Assembly (NCBI GenBank): GCA_032718475.1
Contig: JAUCBJ010006418.1
Span: forward strand, 1 to 64,000
Origin: Nemertoderma westbladi
Taxonomy: Eukaryota; Animalia; Xenacoelomorpha
Direction of reading: 5' to 3'
Length of the DNA: 64,000 bases
Positions within the stretch are counted from its first letter, which is position 1; the number at the start of each line of letters is the position of its first letter. A program made the position numbers and the translations under genes. The notes below the pieces were generated by a model that was not told where the DNA came from, made no database searches, and saw nothing but the letters and a program-made list of their open reading frames with translations. This document shows, piece by piece, positions 1-12,668 of the stretch.

Positions 1-329
1 TAAATTTACCGCTCAACTTGTATATTAATATAAATATGCAAATATATGCTACAAAATTTCAATTCTTCAATTGATTATTGTGTTGTAAAAAATATACCAT
101 ATTGTTTAAAAAATATACCATAGAAAACAAACGCAATTAATATTACATAATAAATAGAACACACATTTTCTGGAATACAAAATACGGCAGGGTAAACGTG
201 AAATCAAGTGATCTAAGAGATCTAAGCGAGGTCAAACGTAACTAAACTACCGACAACAAAGTACCGGTACCAAGCATACTATGCAGTTGGTCTACATGTA
301 CTTGTACGATAGCAAGAAAATATGTTGTG

Positions 330-1545
330 TCTGCAGGGTATCGCTTTGTTTTAGCAATAAGATGTTACCGAGGTTGGTCAAATCCTGGTTCGTTAAATGT
401 GCATCGAATCAGATGCATAAATCCAGTATGGGTTGTGTACTACATCACGCCATTGGTGAGGCAGGAAGTATGCGTCTTACCATTAATAAACATCGAGAAT
501 TACAAACGAGAAAGAGCTTTTCACACGTGCTTCGTGATGGAGAAATTGTTAGACAGATTGGGCTCCATAGATGTAAAATTCTAGAATTCCTAAGAGCTAA
601 TGGAATGCCAGAAGCTCACGTACTCTAACTAGATGGTGAAACTGAGTTCTTCTCAATCCTGGCTGGGGTACTGCAAGGTGACACATTGGCGCCACTTATA
701 TTTGTAATTGTACTGGATTACGCAATGAGGACGGCCACAAAGGGTGAAGATCTGGGATTCACACTTCAACAACGCAGAAGTAGTAGATATCCGGCAACTA
801 CAGTCACAGACACCGACTTTGCGGATGACATCACATCGCCCTGCTCTCTAATACGCTAGCAGATGCACAGCTTCTACTGAATAAAGTGGAGAGGGCTGCT
901 AAGGAGGTTGGATTGCATATAAATGCTACGAAGAAGGAATTCATGACTTTTTATGTTAATGGAAACTTAAACACAATTGGTAATAATCAATTAAGGAAGG
1001 TTGACGACTTCCAGTAGCTTGGGTCATGGATAGAGAGTAGCAAAAAACACATAGAAGTTAGGAAAGCAAAGGTTTGGGTAGCTCTATCAAAAATGGATAC
1101 CATCTGGAAATCCGATCTCTCCAGGCACCTGAAGACTAAGTCGAGCCACAGTTGAAAGTGTACTTCCATGCGGGGCTGAGACTTGGACCCTGACGAAATG
1201 GTAGCTACACAAGACTACTAAGGGCAGCCCTAAACATCAGCTGGAGACAACACATGACAAACGCCGAGCTTTATGGTACAATACCACCTGTATCAACCAC
1301 CCTCCGTGAACGCAGATTAAGATTCAGTGGGCACTGCTGGCGAAGTAAAGACGAGGTCATACCAGATCTACTTTTCTGGCAACACAAGGAAAGCGTAGCC
1401 GTGGACTACGACTACCGGTTATGACATATAGACTATAGACCAAAAGTTGTAAAGGGATACTGGACTTTTTGGGAGAAACTAAATTGCGACAAATATGGAG
1501 AATCGGGAAGCCTGGAAAGATCTTGCGACGTTTATTTGGTTTTAA
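330..1545 (+). mobile_element. Degenerate RTE-like non-LTR retrotransposon (RT domain and 3' end)
   Basis: Broken-frame RT motifs GVLQGDTLAPLIFVIVLDY (~665-720) and DFADD (~815), then a C-terminal RRLRFSGHCWRS motif (~1310-1345); many stops and frameshifts. Confidence 0.85.
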
Positions 1546-2199
1546 ACGCGATGACAGTGCTAGTGGTATGCTGGTCTCCCTTGGCCTTAAATCAATTGTA
1601 CATATCCGACGCTTTTCACTATTTAGTTTATTTAATCGTGTAGCCAACTCGCAAAATTCTATTTTAATTAATATTAGCTGTATATGTTTTAACGTGTCTC
1701 AGGTATACGATAGTTACCTGAGATGCCGAATTTAAATTAACTTGTACCCTCTCTTTTTATTGTCTTTTTTAGTATAGTTTTAATTTGTAAATATAGTGTA
1801 ATGTGCTCTATGGATATTTTAATATTAATATTCGGATTAAATGAGAAATAAATAAATAAATAGATCTCATTTCAAGTGTCCAAGCTCGCTCAACCAAGCA
1901 GTAATACCCTAAGTTTACAAATTATACTGCCCTTCATTTCTCATTATTGACATCCTTTCGCCAATACTTCCAATTTGTTTGCCATTACTGCCTTTCGTTT
2001 TTCATCACTACCATCCGTTTGCCAGTACTTCAAATCCGTTTACCAATGCTGCCAATCTGTTTGCCAATACTTCCAATTAATTTGCAATTGCTGGCAATGG
2101 TATGGAAATTACGGCCATTAGTTTTTTTTATTAAGGCTGTCATTTGTTTGCCCTTAATACAATGGAAGTACTGCCATTCGTATTCCATTACTATTTGCT

Positions 2200-2808
2200 A
2201 ATACTGCCTTTAGTTTGCCTATACTGCCTTTAGTTTGCCTATACTGCCTTTCGTTTGCCAATACTGCCTTTAGTTTGCCTATACTGCCTTTTGTTCGTCA
2301 ATAATGCCTTTAGTTTGCATATACCGCCTTTCGTTTGCCAATGCTGCCTTTAGTTTGCCTATACTGCCTTTCGTTTGCCAATGCTGCCTTTAGTTTGCCT
2401 GTACTGCCTTTCGTTTGCCAATGCTGCCTTTAGTTTGCCTATACTGCCTTTCGTTTGCCAATACTGCCTTTAGTTTGCCAATACTGCTTTTAGTTTGCCT
2501 ATACTGCCTTTTGTTCGTCAATAATGCGTTTAGTTTGCATATACCGCCTTTCGTTTGCCAATGCTGCCTTTAGTTTGCCTATACTGCCTTTCGTTTGCCA
2601 ATGCTGCCTTTAGTTTGCCTATACTGCCTTTCGTTTGCCAATACTGCCTTTAGTTTGCCAATACTGCTTTTAGTTTGCCTATACTGCCTTTTGTTCGTCA
2701 ATAATGCGTTTAGTTTGCATATACCGCCTTTCGTTTGCCAATGCTGCCTTTAGTTTGCCAATGCTGCCTATAGTTTGCCTATACTGCCTTTCGTTTGCCA
2801 ATTCTGCC
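2200..2808. repeat. 20-bp minisatellite (atactgcctttagtttgcct), about 30 copies, with degenerate copies back to ~1925
   Basis: Exact 20-bp period visible; the variant ttgttcgtcaataatgc recurs at 2291, 2511 and 2691. Confidence 0.95.
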
Positions 2809-2991
2809 AGACCACGCTACGCGCTGTTGAGGAGGGGTATCCCCGAAAACACTCTCGCTTTCCGAAATGTTAGTACAAGTACAACTGGTTACAGTTGAGC
2901 AAAACGTATTGGGAGATCAGATAATTTATGTTACTGCACTGTTAGTAGTGTTATTACTTACTGAGATTACTACTATTATTTTGTGTTTCAG

Positions 2992-5900
2992 TTAACTTTC
3001 AGTCCTGTGAACAACATCTGTTTAGTGGATGTCCCGAAGCAGTCATCTCCCAAAGAGCCATCATTTAACGATAAACAGAACTTTCCTACCGACAATCTCT
3101 CCCCTATCGACCAATCACAACCCCCGAGTAAATTAGAAACTGTACTAGACGACACACCCCCTTTTACACCGGTTGTCCACCAATGTCAACCCCCTGCGAG
3201 CGATAATATCTGCGACGAAATGGACCATGAGGTTGTATTCAACACGGAGTCTGTCGTTAAACCAGACATCAGACAGGATGATGTGCTCAGAGTTGAAGCT
3301 GATTCTGAAAGTGACAAAAAGCGTTTAGACAGTCCCCATTCAACGACAACATTAACCACCGCAATCAAGTCTACTTCCAAAAATACATCAGATGATGCAG
3401 ATGTTACAGAGATATCTCTAAAAAAGGTCAGATCGTTAATTTCAAACTTACTAGAATAATTTCTTAATTAGATTTTGTTCAGAATAAATGCATGGAATTA
3501 AATGGCCGAGTTCGCTCGACCTAGTAGTAATAGTATTAAATGGTATTTCCCATAACACTGATGTCAATTTCTGTAAAATGTAACGAGTGTTCAGGCGCGT
3601 TAGAATATATAAAATATATATTTCTTACGAAAATAATCAGCATATTTTTAGTTTTTTATGAGGAGATTGTTAATCGCGTTTGTTTGTGCTTGTTTTACGT
3701 AAAAAGTCAGCAGTGGTGCACTGGCCGATGGCCGAACAGGTACTAAAAAGAGTAAAATATTGTTTGTTTATAACTTATAACGGGATGTTTCAGGACGGAC
3801 TACCACCTCTACCGGCACTGGTCCCGGTCTCCGATTGTCCCCATAAACCCCAGACTATAGCCCCAACAACTCAAACTCTAACGTCCTCCTCCAGACAACC
3901 AGCCTCCATCCCGACTCTCCGACCAATGCTACGAGTTCTCGCCCCAATGCCCTCATCCCATCCCCCGATATTAATGGCCGCCACCTCGACAGTCGGTACC
4001 GGTGTTAAAACTCCCACAATGCTAGGGATTCCTTCCAATCATCTTCCTGCTATTCAACTAGCTATTGGTGGAATACAGGGGCCCGGTGGTCTACCCCAGG
4101 TTCGTTTAGTTAAGTCTTACCTTGCTTGCTGTATCCATTCACGTTTTAGATGTAACTTAAACTCTGCGTTTTTAGTCGTATAATTATTATCAGATAGGGG
4201 GGGGGGGGGGGGCTGTGGTTGGGTTCAATAGTATCTACTCACCACTACTAATGTAATCGGCCTGCTGCATTGAAACTGCACATTGAGATGCTAGGCCAGT
4301 GTAACAAAAACATTTTGTCACCACCATGCAATCCACAATTGGCAAACCCTATGCAGCGTGCATTAAGAATGCTATGCCGGCTTATCAACAAAGATGCACC
4401 GCCACAACTCCCTATCCCCAATGACTTTCGCGAGATTATCCAGATCTTCAATGCCGGTGTTCTTTAAGATGTGCCTCACGAAAGTCATGGGCTTGGGGGA
4501 GCCAATGTAGTTGAAAGGTCAACTAGTTAAGTTGTCATTTGGTGTTATTTAGTTAGTGGTTTTAGTTCATTTGTCGCGACGAATTTTGTTAGTTAAAGCG
4601 TTTTTTGAAGAAAAATAGTTGAACTTTCAACTAAATTCCAACAAAATTCCAAACCTTAGCCATATACCACCATTACCGATCACACTGTTCTATTCGGCCT
4701 TCTTAAAAGTAATGGCCTCTCTATCGGATGCCTATTTGCCGTTTACCTATCACCCTATCAGAGGCCATGGTTGCCTGGTTCTATCTACTTCTAGTGCAGT
4801 AGTGCTAATGTACCTACCGGTTACCTACACCTACACCATCAAAAACGACTGACTGTGGTTTGGGCCCAGTGACTGTCGATACCGTAATTGTTGTATAACC
4901 CGTTGTGCATTGTGTCAAGTACAATGCACACATCTCCAACCAGACACTATATAACATTGGAGGTGTCTCATTGGTTCCCCCAAGCTTGACACTAGAACAA
5001 AATCGCCTCCGCTTTGCAGGACATTGCTTTCGCCGTGAGGACCAGCCAGTGCATAATCTTGTACTTTGGCAGCCTCATGGAGTGAATAAGCATGGTGGAC
5101 AGCCCATGACTTTCTTGAGACGCATCTTAAAGGACACTGGCCTTGAAGATGCGGATGATCTAGCAAATGTCATGGGTGATAGGGAGTTGTGGCGGTGCAA
5201 TTTTTTTGACAAGCCGGCACAGCATTCCTAAAAATGCAGCTGCAATGCAGCATGCCGATCCTAGTAGTATAACAACCCGTTGCTATGGTTACATGAATTT
5301 TTCAAAATTGTGTTTTAGTTAAGTTTTAGTTAACTTTTTAACTTTTATTTAACTAGACACCTCAGAATTAGTTGAAAAAGTTAGTTAACTAGTCATTTTT
5401 AATTATTTAGTTGGGTTTAGTTAAATTGTCACTACAAAATTAGTTGAACAGCACTGCCAATGATACACCTCTAATGTTATATCTACTCACCACAGTTGAC
5501 TACTACTGTCTATATTATACACAAACGTTAAATAATGAATTACAATGTTTTCAAACATAAATTATTCTATAGATAGGAAGCGTTTTCACATTTTAATTGT
5601 ATTTAGACCCCATTGTCCTGCTTATTATTCGCAGTTTCAGTTGGTCGCTACCAGTGGCAACGTAACTAGTCAACCAGTCGTCAATGCCAACATATATTCA
5701 TCGACCGGTCCCAGTAAGGTTGCTCTACCGAAGAAACCAATCCCTGCTCATCAAGGTGAGTTTTAGTAGGATAGCCCCCCCCCCCCCCCCCCGCATATTT
5801 TGACAGGGGAAAAATCCGCGTAAAAAGATAGTTCGAAGACTATGGTAATTAATATTCAAGAATTGAATAAAAAAAACATAAGAATTATATCGATTTACGT

Positions 5901-8900
5901 CTCAAAATTTACACCTTTTGATAAAATATCTTTAGCAATTTTTGGTAAAATTTAAAACGGTTTTCAGATTCGCAATCTACAGATGAAGGCGGTTTTAATG
6001 ATATCCAGCTATAGATTACATTCCAAAGGCGACAAATATAGGCTAAATGGTGGCTAAGTATTGCCAAATCGACTATTTTTAACGGCTTGTATCGAAATAG
6101 CGCAGAAATTGAAAAATGTGACTCTGTCAGCAGTAAGAAAGTTGTCGAACTATCGCCATACCAAATTTCGTAGCATATGAATGAAATTTGAAAAACATTA
6201 GGGGGGGGGGGGGGGTCTTGACTTGCTAGTTGTTGTATTGATTTATTTAAGTAGAGAGCCGCTTAACTACATGTAACCATTGGATATTGAGTTCCGTTGT
6301 GGAGTTCTCCTTGCAGGCGGCACTAAAGTTGCAATAACTTTTGAGTGTGTGAATGAATTTTGCTCAATTTTAGTGGAAACCTTTTCTACTTCGATGCACT
6401 TTTAAAACATGTAAAAAATACAAATTAATATAAAAAGTTTATTTTCATCAAATTTGGGGAAAATCCCAACGTCAATACTTCCCTTGTTGCTATGTAATAC
6501 CACGTTGTTAAGGAAAGAAGCATGGAATGGAAACTGTTAAAATGATCTAAATTTTTGGAACATTGGAGTTTTTGTACAGGAAATCACTAAACTATTTGTT
6601 TTATGATGTTGACAACCACGACTTTAGAGGGATTGTAATATTAATATTAAAACAATAAAATAGGACATGGGGTCTATTCCCGCAGATACTACCTAGCATT
6701 TAGGGCCACTTGGGCCACTGTTAGTACTCAGGCACTAGGCCCATCAAAAAACACAAAACAAAATACCAAATCGATTTTAGTGCTACATAAACCCAACCCA
6801 ACTACCACAAGAAAAATTGCACCAAACCATACAGTAACTACAGGTTCCGGTAAGTATTGCACGAAATAGGCTATCCCATAAATTACGAAAAATATAGGAC
6901 ATTTTGTCCGCCGAAAAAGGTAAGTCTAAGTAATAAATTTTATAAAAATAAAAGGGTTTCGGAGATTTAAACACTGAACCCTGGGATTCGTGGTTCTCTC
7001 CTCATCAGCAGTGTGCCACGAACCCCACCTCTACCCTAACAAAACTGCACCACTAAATTAAGACAATGACCAATAAATTAGAAATCCTACCGTACCACCG
7101 AACAGAGTTGAAACCACCCACCCCCAATGCTAGGTAGTATCTGAGGGAATAGACCCCATGTCCTATTTTATTGTTTTAATATTAAACTATTTGTGACTTT
7201 TCCACTTCACTTTTCCATTCCACTTTTTCTTTGCCACAATAATTTAAGCCACGTTCTTGTCTCTATAACCTGTGGTGCGGAAAGTGGCGACTGTGTAAAT
7301 CACTGCGTACCGCTGTATTCTTTTATTATTTTATAACGAATTTTCAACTTGTTTTAGGTAAACGAATAAAAGTTGAAAGAAAGGGTTGGAATTCATCATC
7401 TACCAACCACGGCGCTAGTACTTCTGATGATACCATGGCAACGGATAAGCACAAATTGGCGCCATCATATCTCCTGCCTCAGGTAAAAAAAGTTTTACTC
7501 TATTTTATTCATACATATTGCGATTATTCCAAGTTACAAGATACAAGGTTCTTCTTTATTTCCCGACAAGATATAATGTTTGAATAGAAATACATATAAT
7601 GATTAACTTTATATGCCATATATATTGGATTACACGTACCGCTCTTATCTATCAAAGGTAAGAAGTCATAGTCAATCACTTCGTAAAATACCTGTACACA
7701 AATGAAGTATAATGCAAACCACTCCATCAGACATCCAAAACAAACGGCAGGCTGGGCGGTTAGCCGCTACGCCTATAGAATATTGGATAACAAAAACGTG
7801 ACCGTTATGGTGTGCCTTAACAAATTTTAACTCACCTCGCCCTTAAATTGTTTCCACTTGATGAAAATAATAATTTATTTTATTTTGTTTTGAAAAATAT
7901 TGATACTTAGAGATAGCCCCAGCACCCTAAACATAATATCGCAGCAAAGCGACACTTATCGTGACTGCCTCATATTATACTCCGGTACAACCCACTCCTG
8001 GTACCCTAAATGTGTTGAACATAGGGCAATGATACTCTTGTGGGTGTAGAAAATAGGCTTTAAAATAATGAATTATTATCGAGATATTGTACAAAAGGGT
8101 TTGTAATGAAAAAGAAAATGCCACAGGGTTGCGTTGGCCTATAGAATCATTGAATCTGCAATGATCGATGTAGTGGATTGACACTAAATTGAAACTTCAG
8201 TGATTAGTTCCCGAGATATTGAACAAATGGTGCTGGCAGTCTCATTGCGGCATTGGGGTGTCAAAGCGATCAAGCATATTATCATGTCATAAGCATATCA
8301 TCGAAAACAATGACTCAAGTTACCTTACAGATTAATTAAGAACAGTATCATATCATATGACTAAAAATGATCTATTTACTTGGAGTAAAATGTCAACACC
8401 TGCAAAGTAACATTAGCTAGTGATAATGTTGTTATTGAGTTAAACATTGTTTTTGGTGATTTACTTATAGTCCAGTCAATCTAGCCAAAAAAGGGGGTAA
8501 ACCCATAAGAAATTCGCAATCAACCAAAACCAAATTTTTTAGGTTCTATATTATCTTGCTATTGCCCAAAAAAAAGTCTATAAAAATATATGTTGCGGAA
8601 CACATTCAATTTCATGCAAACATATGACCTATTTTTGCAATACCCGCAATAATTGCTCTTTACTGATAATGGAGCTATTTGTTTGCTTAATTATAACACA
8701 AGTTGCTTGGTAACTGCTCAATAGAACAATTTCCTATTGTTAGTGATGTAGCTAACTACTTATTAGACAAATCACTACAACCATTATAATATGTAGTATT
8801 TTAAAAAACTTTCAGTGCAGTTTATAAAATAATTTGCAAGTACTTTAATAGATATCCTAATTTTTACAATATGGGTACTGGGTGTGTTATGGCCCCCCGC

Positions 8901-11900
8901 ATCAAATTTTTTATAATAGCTTGTTTTTTCTATTTATTTTCATAAACATGTTCTATAACATATTAGCTATTGTTTGGAATTAAAACATATGTTCTAGAAC
9001 AAATTGTATAAAAGCAATTAAAAAATGTATATTTTATTAAAGAAGTTGCTTTAGATCATCTCGGAAATTATATTTTCTAGAACAGTGTAAGATTTCAATA
9101 TATTTCTATAGCTAAGAAGGTACAACAACCTTCACCTTGTTTTTTTATAATTTCTTCATCCCACGGATGGTGTACACATAGAAATACTACCTATTATGTC
9201 TAACGTATTTATACTCGAATAAACGCCCATCTTTAACAACTGAAATGCTTAATGTTCTGAGCCTGTAAGAGGACGTACAGTATAATCGGTTGTTAAAGTA
9301 AAGTTGGTAGAGCGTGGGACTTGGAATCTCTAGGTACCGAGTTCAATTCCCCTTTCCAGTGAATTGTTGTAGTTAAATTGGTAGTAAGCCATTCAAGGAC
9401 AGTTCATAGCTTCATACGTTACAGTATAATATACATACCCTATTAGCAGAATCGTCACTTGTACTTTGTCATGACATTGACATTATTATAGAAAAAATTA
9501 ATAAACAAAGTAGTACGAGCACATCGGCGTCGTATATAAGTGGTGATACAATGGGTGAATGTTGTCCTTTGTGTGATAAACAATTCGCCGAAGAAGACAA
9601 TGACATCGCTGTGTTAACAGAAAAAGGCTGCAACAGCATAAATTTCGCAAGTCAAAGCAGAGGTGATAGGATTTCCACTAAAGTAGGACAACAAGTTCAT
9701 CAAGATTGTCGTCGAAAATTCTGTCATCCTTTTTATATAAAGACAGCAAACATCCAAAATAGATTTGAAATAGGAAATGGAGATGGACCGTCCACGTCAA
9801 AACGTTTACTTCGCACCGCCGAGCCATTATTTGTTTACCCAGAGTATTGTCTCTATTGTAATAACCCCGATACTTACGATTAATTAAACTTATTTTATTT
9901 ATTAAACTAATTAATCTAAAATCGGCAGCGATAGAAAATTGTTCTATTATAGGAGTTACCTAGCAACTTGTTATTAATAAAGCAAAAATAGCTCCATAAT
10001 CAGTAAAGAGCATTTATTATCCATTGCAAAAATAGGCCATATGTTTGCATGAAATTGAATGTGTTCCGCAACATATATTTTTATAGACTTTTTTTGGGCA
10101 ATAACAAGATAATATAGAACCTAAAAAATTTGGTTTTGGTTGATTGCGAATTTCTTATGGGTTTTTTGCTAGATTGACTCGACTATTATATCGCTTTGAC
10201 ACTCCATTGACGCTTTGAGCTTTCCAGACCTTTTCTCGGCAACTAATCACTGTGTAGTCATAATTTGAAGGTGTCTACACACCACTAAATCGATCATTGC
10301 GGTTTCAATGAGTCGATATAATTTGGCTTAATTAGAAGTATGATTTTTATAGTGGATATGCATCTTGGCTATATGCAATATCTCGATAATTATTATTCAC
10401 TCTACTAATATTTTGAAGGTGTCCATGTTTCTACACCCACTAAGATTACCATTGCGGTTCGAATGAGCCTATGTTCAACACATTTAGGGTACCAGAAGTG
10501 AGTTATACTTGAGTACCGGTATATGAGACAGTCGCGATACGAGCGGAACCGCGTGGTATCGCGACTCGAGCGGAACCGCGTGGTATCGCGACACGAGCGG
10601 AACCGCGTGGTATTGCGACTCGAGCGGAACCGCGTGGTATCGCGACACGAGCGGAACCGCGTGGTATCGCGACTCGAGCGGAACCGCGTGGTATCGCGAC
10701 ACGAGCGGAACCGCGTGGTATTGCGACACGAGCGCAACCGCGTGGTATCGCGACACGAGCGGAACCGCGTGGTATCGCGACACGAGCGGAACCGCGTGGT
10801 ATCGCGACACGAGCGGAACCGCGTGGTATCGCGACACGAGCGGAACCGCGTGGTATCGCGACACGAGCGGAACCGCGTGGTATCGCGACACGAGCGGAAC
10901 CGCGTGGTATCGCGACACGAGCGGAACCGCGTGGTATCGCGACACGAGCGGAACCGCGTGGTATCGCGACACGAGCGGAACCGCGTGGTATCGCGACTCG
11001 AGCGGAACCGCGTGGTATTGCGACACGAGCGGAACCGCGTGGTATCGCGACACGAGCGGAACCGCGTGGTATCGCGACACGAGCGGAACCGCGTGGTATC
11101 GCGACACGAGCGGAACCGCGTGGTATCGCGACACGAGCGGAACCGCGTGGTATCGCGACACGAGCGGAACCGCGTGGTATCGCGACACGAGCGAAACCGC
11201 GTGGTATCGCGACACGAGCGGAACCGCGTGGTATCGCAACACGAGCGGAACCGCGTGGTATCGCGACACGCGCGGAACCGCGTGGTATCGCGACACGAGC
11301 GGAATCGCGTGGTATCGCGACACGAGCGGAACCGCGTGGTATCGCGACACGAGCGGAACCGCGTGGTATCGCGTCACGAGCGGAACCGCGTGGTATCGCG
11401 ACACGAGCGGAACCGCGTGGTATCGCGACACGAGCGGAACCGCGTGGTACCGCGTCACGAACGTAACCGCGTGGTATTGTCGACACGAGCGGAACCGCGT
11501 GGTATCGCGACACGAGCGGAACCGCGTGGTATCGCGACACGAGCGGAACCGCGTGGTATTGTCGACACGAGCGGAACCGCGTGGTATCGCGACACGAGCG
11601 GAACCGCGTGGTATCGCGACACGAGCGGAACCGCGTGGTATCGCGACACGAGCGGAACCGCGTGGTATCGCGACACGAGCGGAACCGCGTGGTATCGCGA
11701 CACGAGCGGAACCGCGTGGTATCGCGACACGAGCGGAACCGCGTGGTATCGCGACACGAGCGGAACCGCGTGGTATCGCGTCACGAGCGGAACCGCGTGG
11801 TATCGCGACACGAGCGGAACCGCGTGGTATCGCGACACGAGCGGAACCGCGTGGTATCGCGACACGAGCGGAACCGCGTGGTATTGCCGACACGAGAGTC

Positions 11901-12668
11901 GACGGGGTTTTATCTCCGTTCTACCGGTTACCCAATAATCCGTAACTTCTACTTGCAGACAGTTATCCGGGCTCAGTCCAGTGCAATAATCAACCAATCA
12001 GGGGCGAATGTTCAATCAAACACCTTATTGAACCAATCAGTTGCCCAAGCCAGCTCTTCTGCTGTCCTCCATCCAACATCTGCTGTTAGTTAATAATTAT
12101 TAGATTATTAGTGTAGATTACCGGTAAAACCAAAAATAACAAAATATAAATAGTTTCTAAACAAATAGTTTTTATTCTAAACTTCAAATTTGTACTTCCT
12201 ACGAAATATTAATAAATTCCGCCTGAAATCCCTAATTGCCGACGTATTCCCCCTTCGCTCACAATATGACCAGTTTCTACGTGAAATAATTTAATAGAAT
12301 GGCATATTCGACCAGACCTGGAGCTCAGGGGAACCCTTATTATATATAATTATTAATATTGGCAATGTGACAGTAAAACAACTTAGACGGGACGGTGGTA
12401 GACCATATTTCATGGATTTGTATTGTATTGTGGAATATTCATTGTACGGTTCTTGTGATTTCTTTAATCCCAATTATTGCAGCTAAAAACGGGATTTTCC
12501 GAAAGTCCGATTATTCTGAATAAAGACATCAAGTCTACCGTCCTTGCCAACCAGGTGTTATCTATCACCTCATCGCCTAGCAACTATGTCGATTCATCTA
12601 CATCATCTATAGCTAAGGGGCGAAATAGTATAGCTTCGTTGCATAGCAACGGAGTGCGCCCTTGCAAG
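2992..12668 (+). CDS. SFMBT: SFMBT gene, N-terminal low-complexity exons: 2992-3426, 3794-4099, 5635-5755, 7358-7482, 11959-12084, 12483-12668
   Basis: All six exons have AG/GT boundaries and are open, S/P/T-rich. End phases 0,0,1,0,0,0 join in frame to each other and to the first MBT exon at 21204. No start codon located. Linkage to SFMBT is inferred from phase only. Confidence 0.65.
4906..5268 (+). mobile_element. 5'-truncated RTE-like LINE 3' fragment
   Basis: Encodes RLRFAGHCFRRE..LVLWQP..WR, has a short (tag)n tail, and is flanked by the direct repeat aacccgttg. Near-identical copy at 60548-60812 (-). Confidence 0.85.
6642..7183. mobile_element. MITE-like element with ~58-bp terminal inverted repeats
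   Basis: taatattaaaacaataaaataggacatggggtctattcc..ctagcatt (6642-6700) is the reverse complement of 7126-7183 with one mismatch. Confidence 0.8.
7975..10522. mobile_element. Foldback / long-TIR non-autonomous DNA element with an internal Cys-rich ORF remnant (9551-9883)
   Basis: 8467-~8745 is inverted to ~9925-10186 at high identity; 7975-~8280 is inverted to 10188-10522 at lower identity. Confidence 0.8.
10532..11897. repeat. 27-bp CpG-rich minisatellite (gcgacacgagcggaaccgcgtggtatc), about 50 copies
   Basis: Very homogeneous 27-bp period; it explains all the long repeat ORFs in the track here. Confidence 0.97.

Noticed and set aside
9288-9362. tRNA-like sequence with A- and B-box remnants
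   Set aside because: Acceptor and anticodon stems do not pair; a degenerate tRNA or SINE head.
10405-12093. Long ORFs of RHERNRVVS / AIPRGSARV repeats
   Set aside because: Artefact of a stop-free 27-bp repeat open in several frames; only 11959-12084 looks like an exon.
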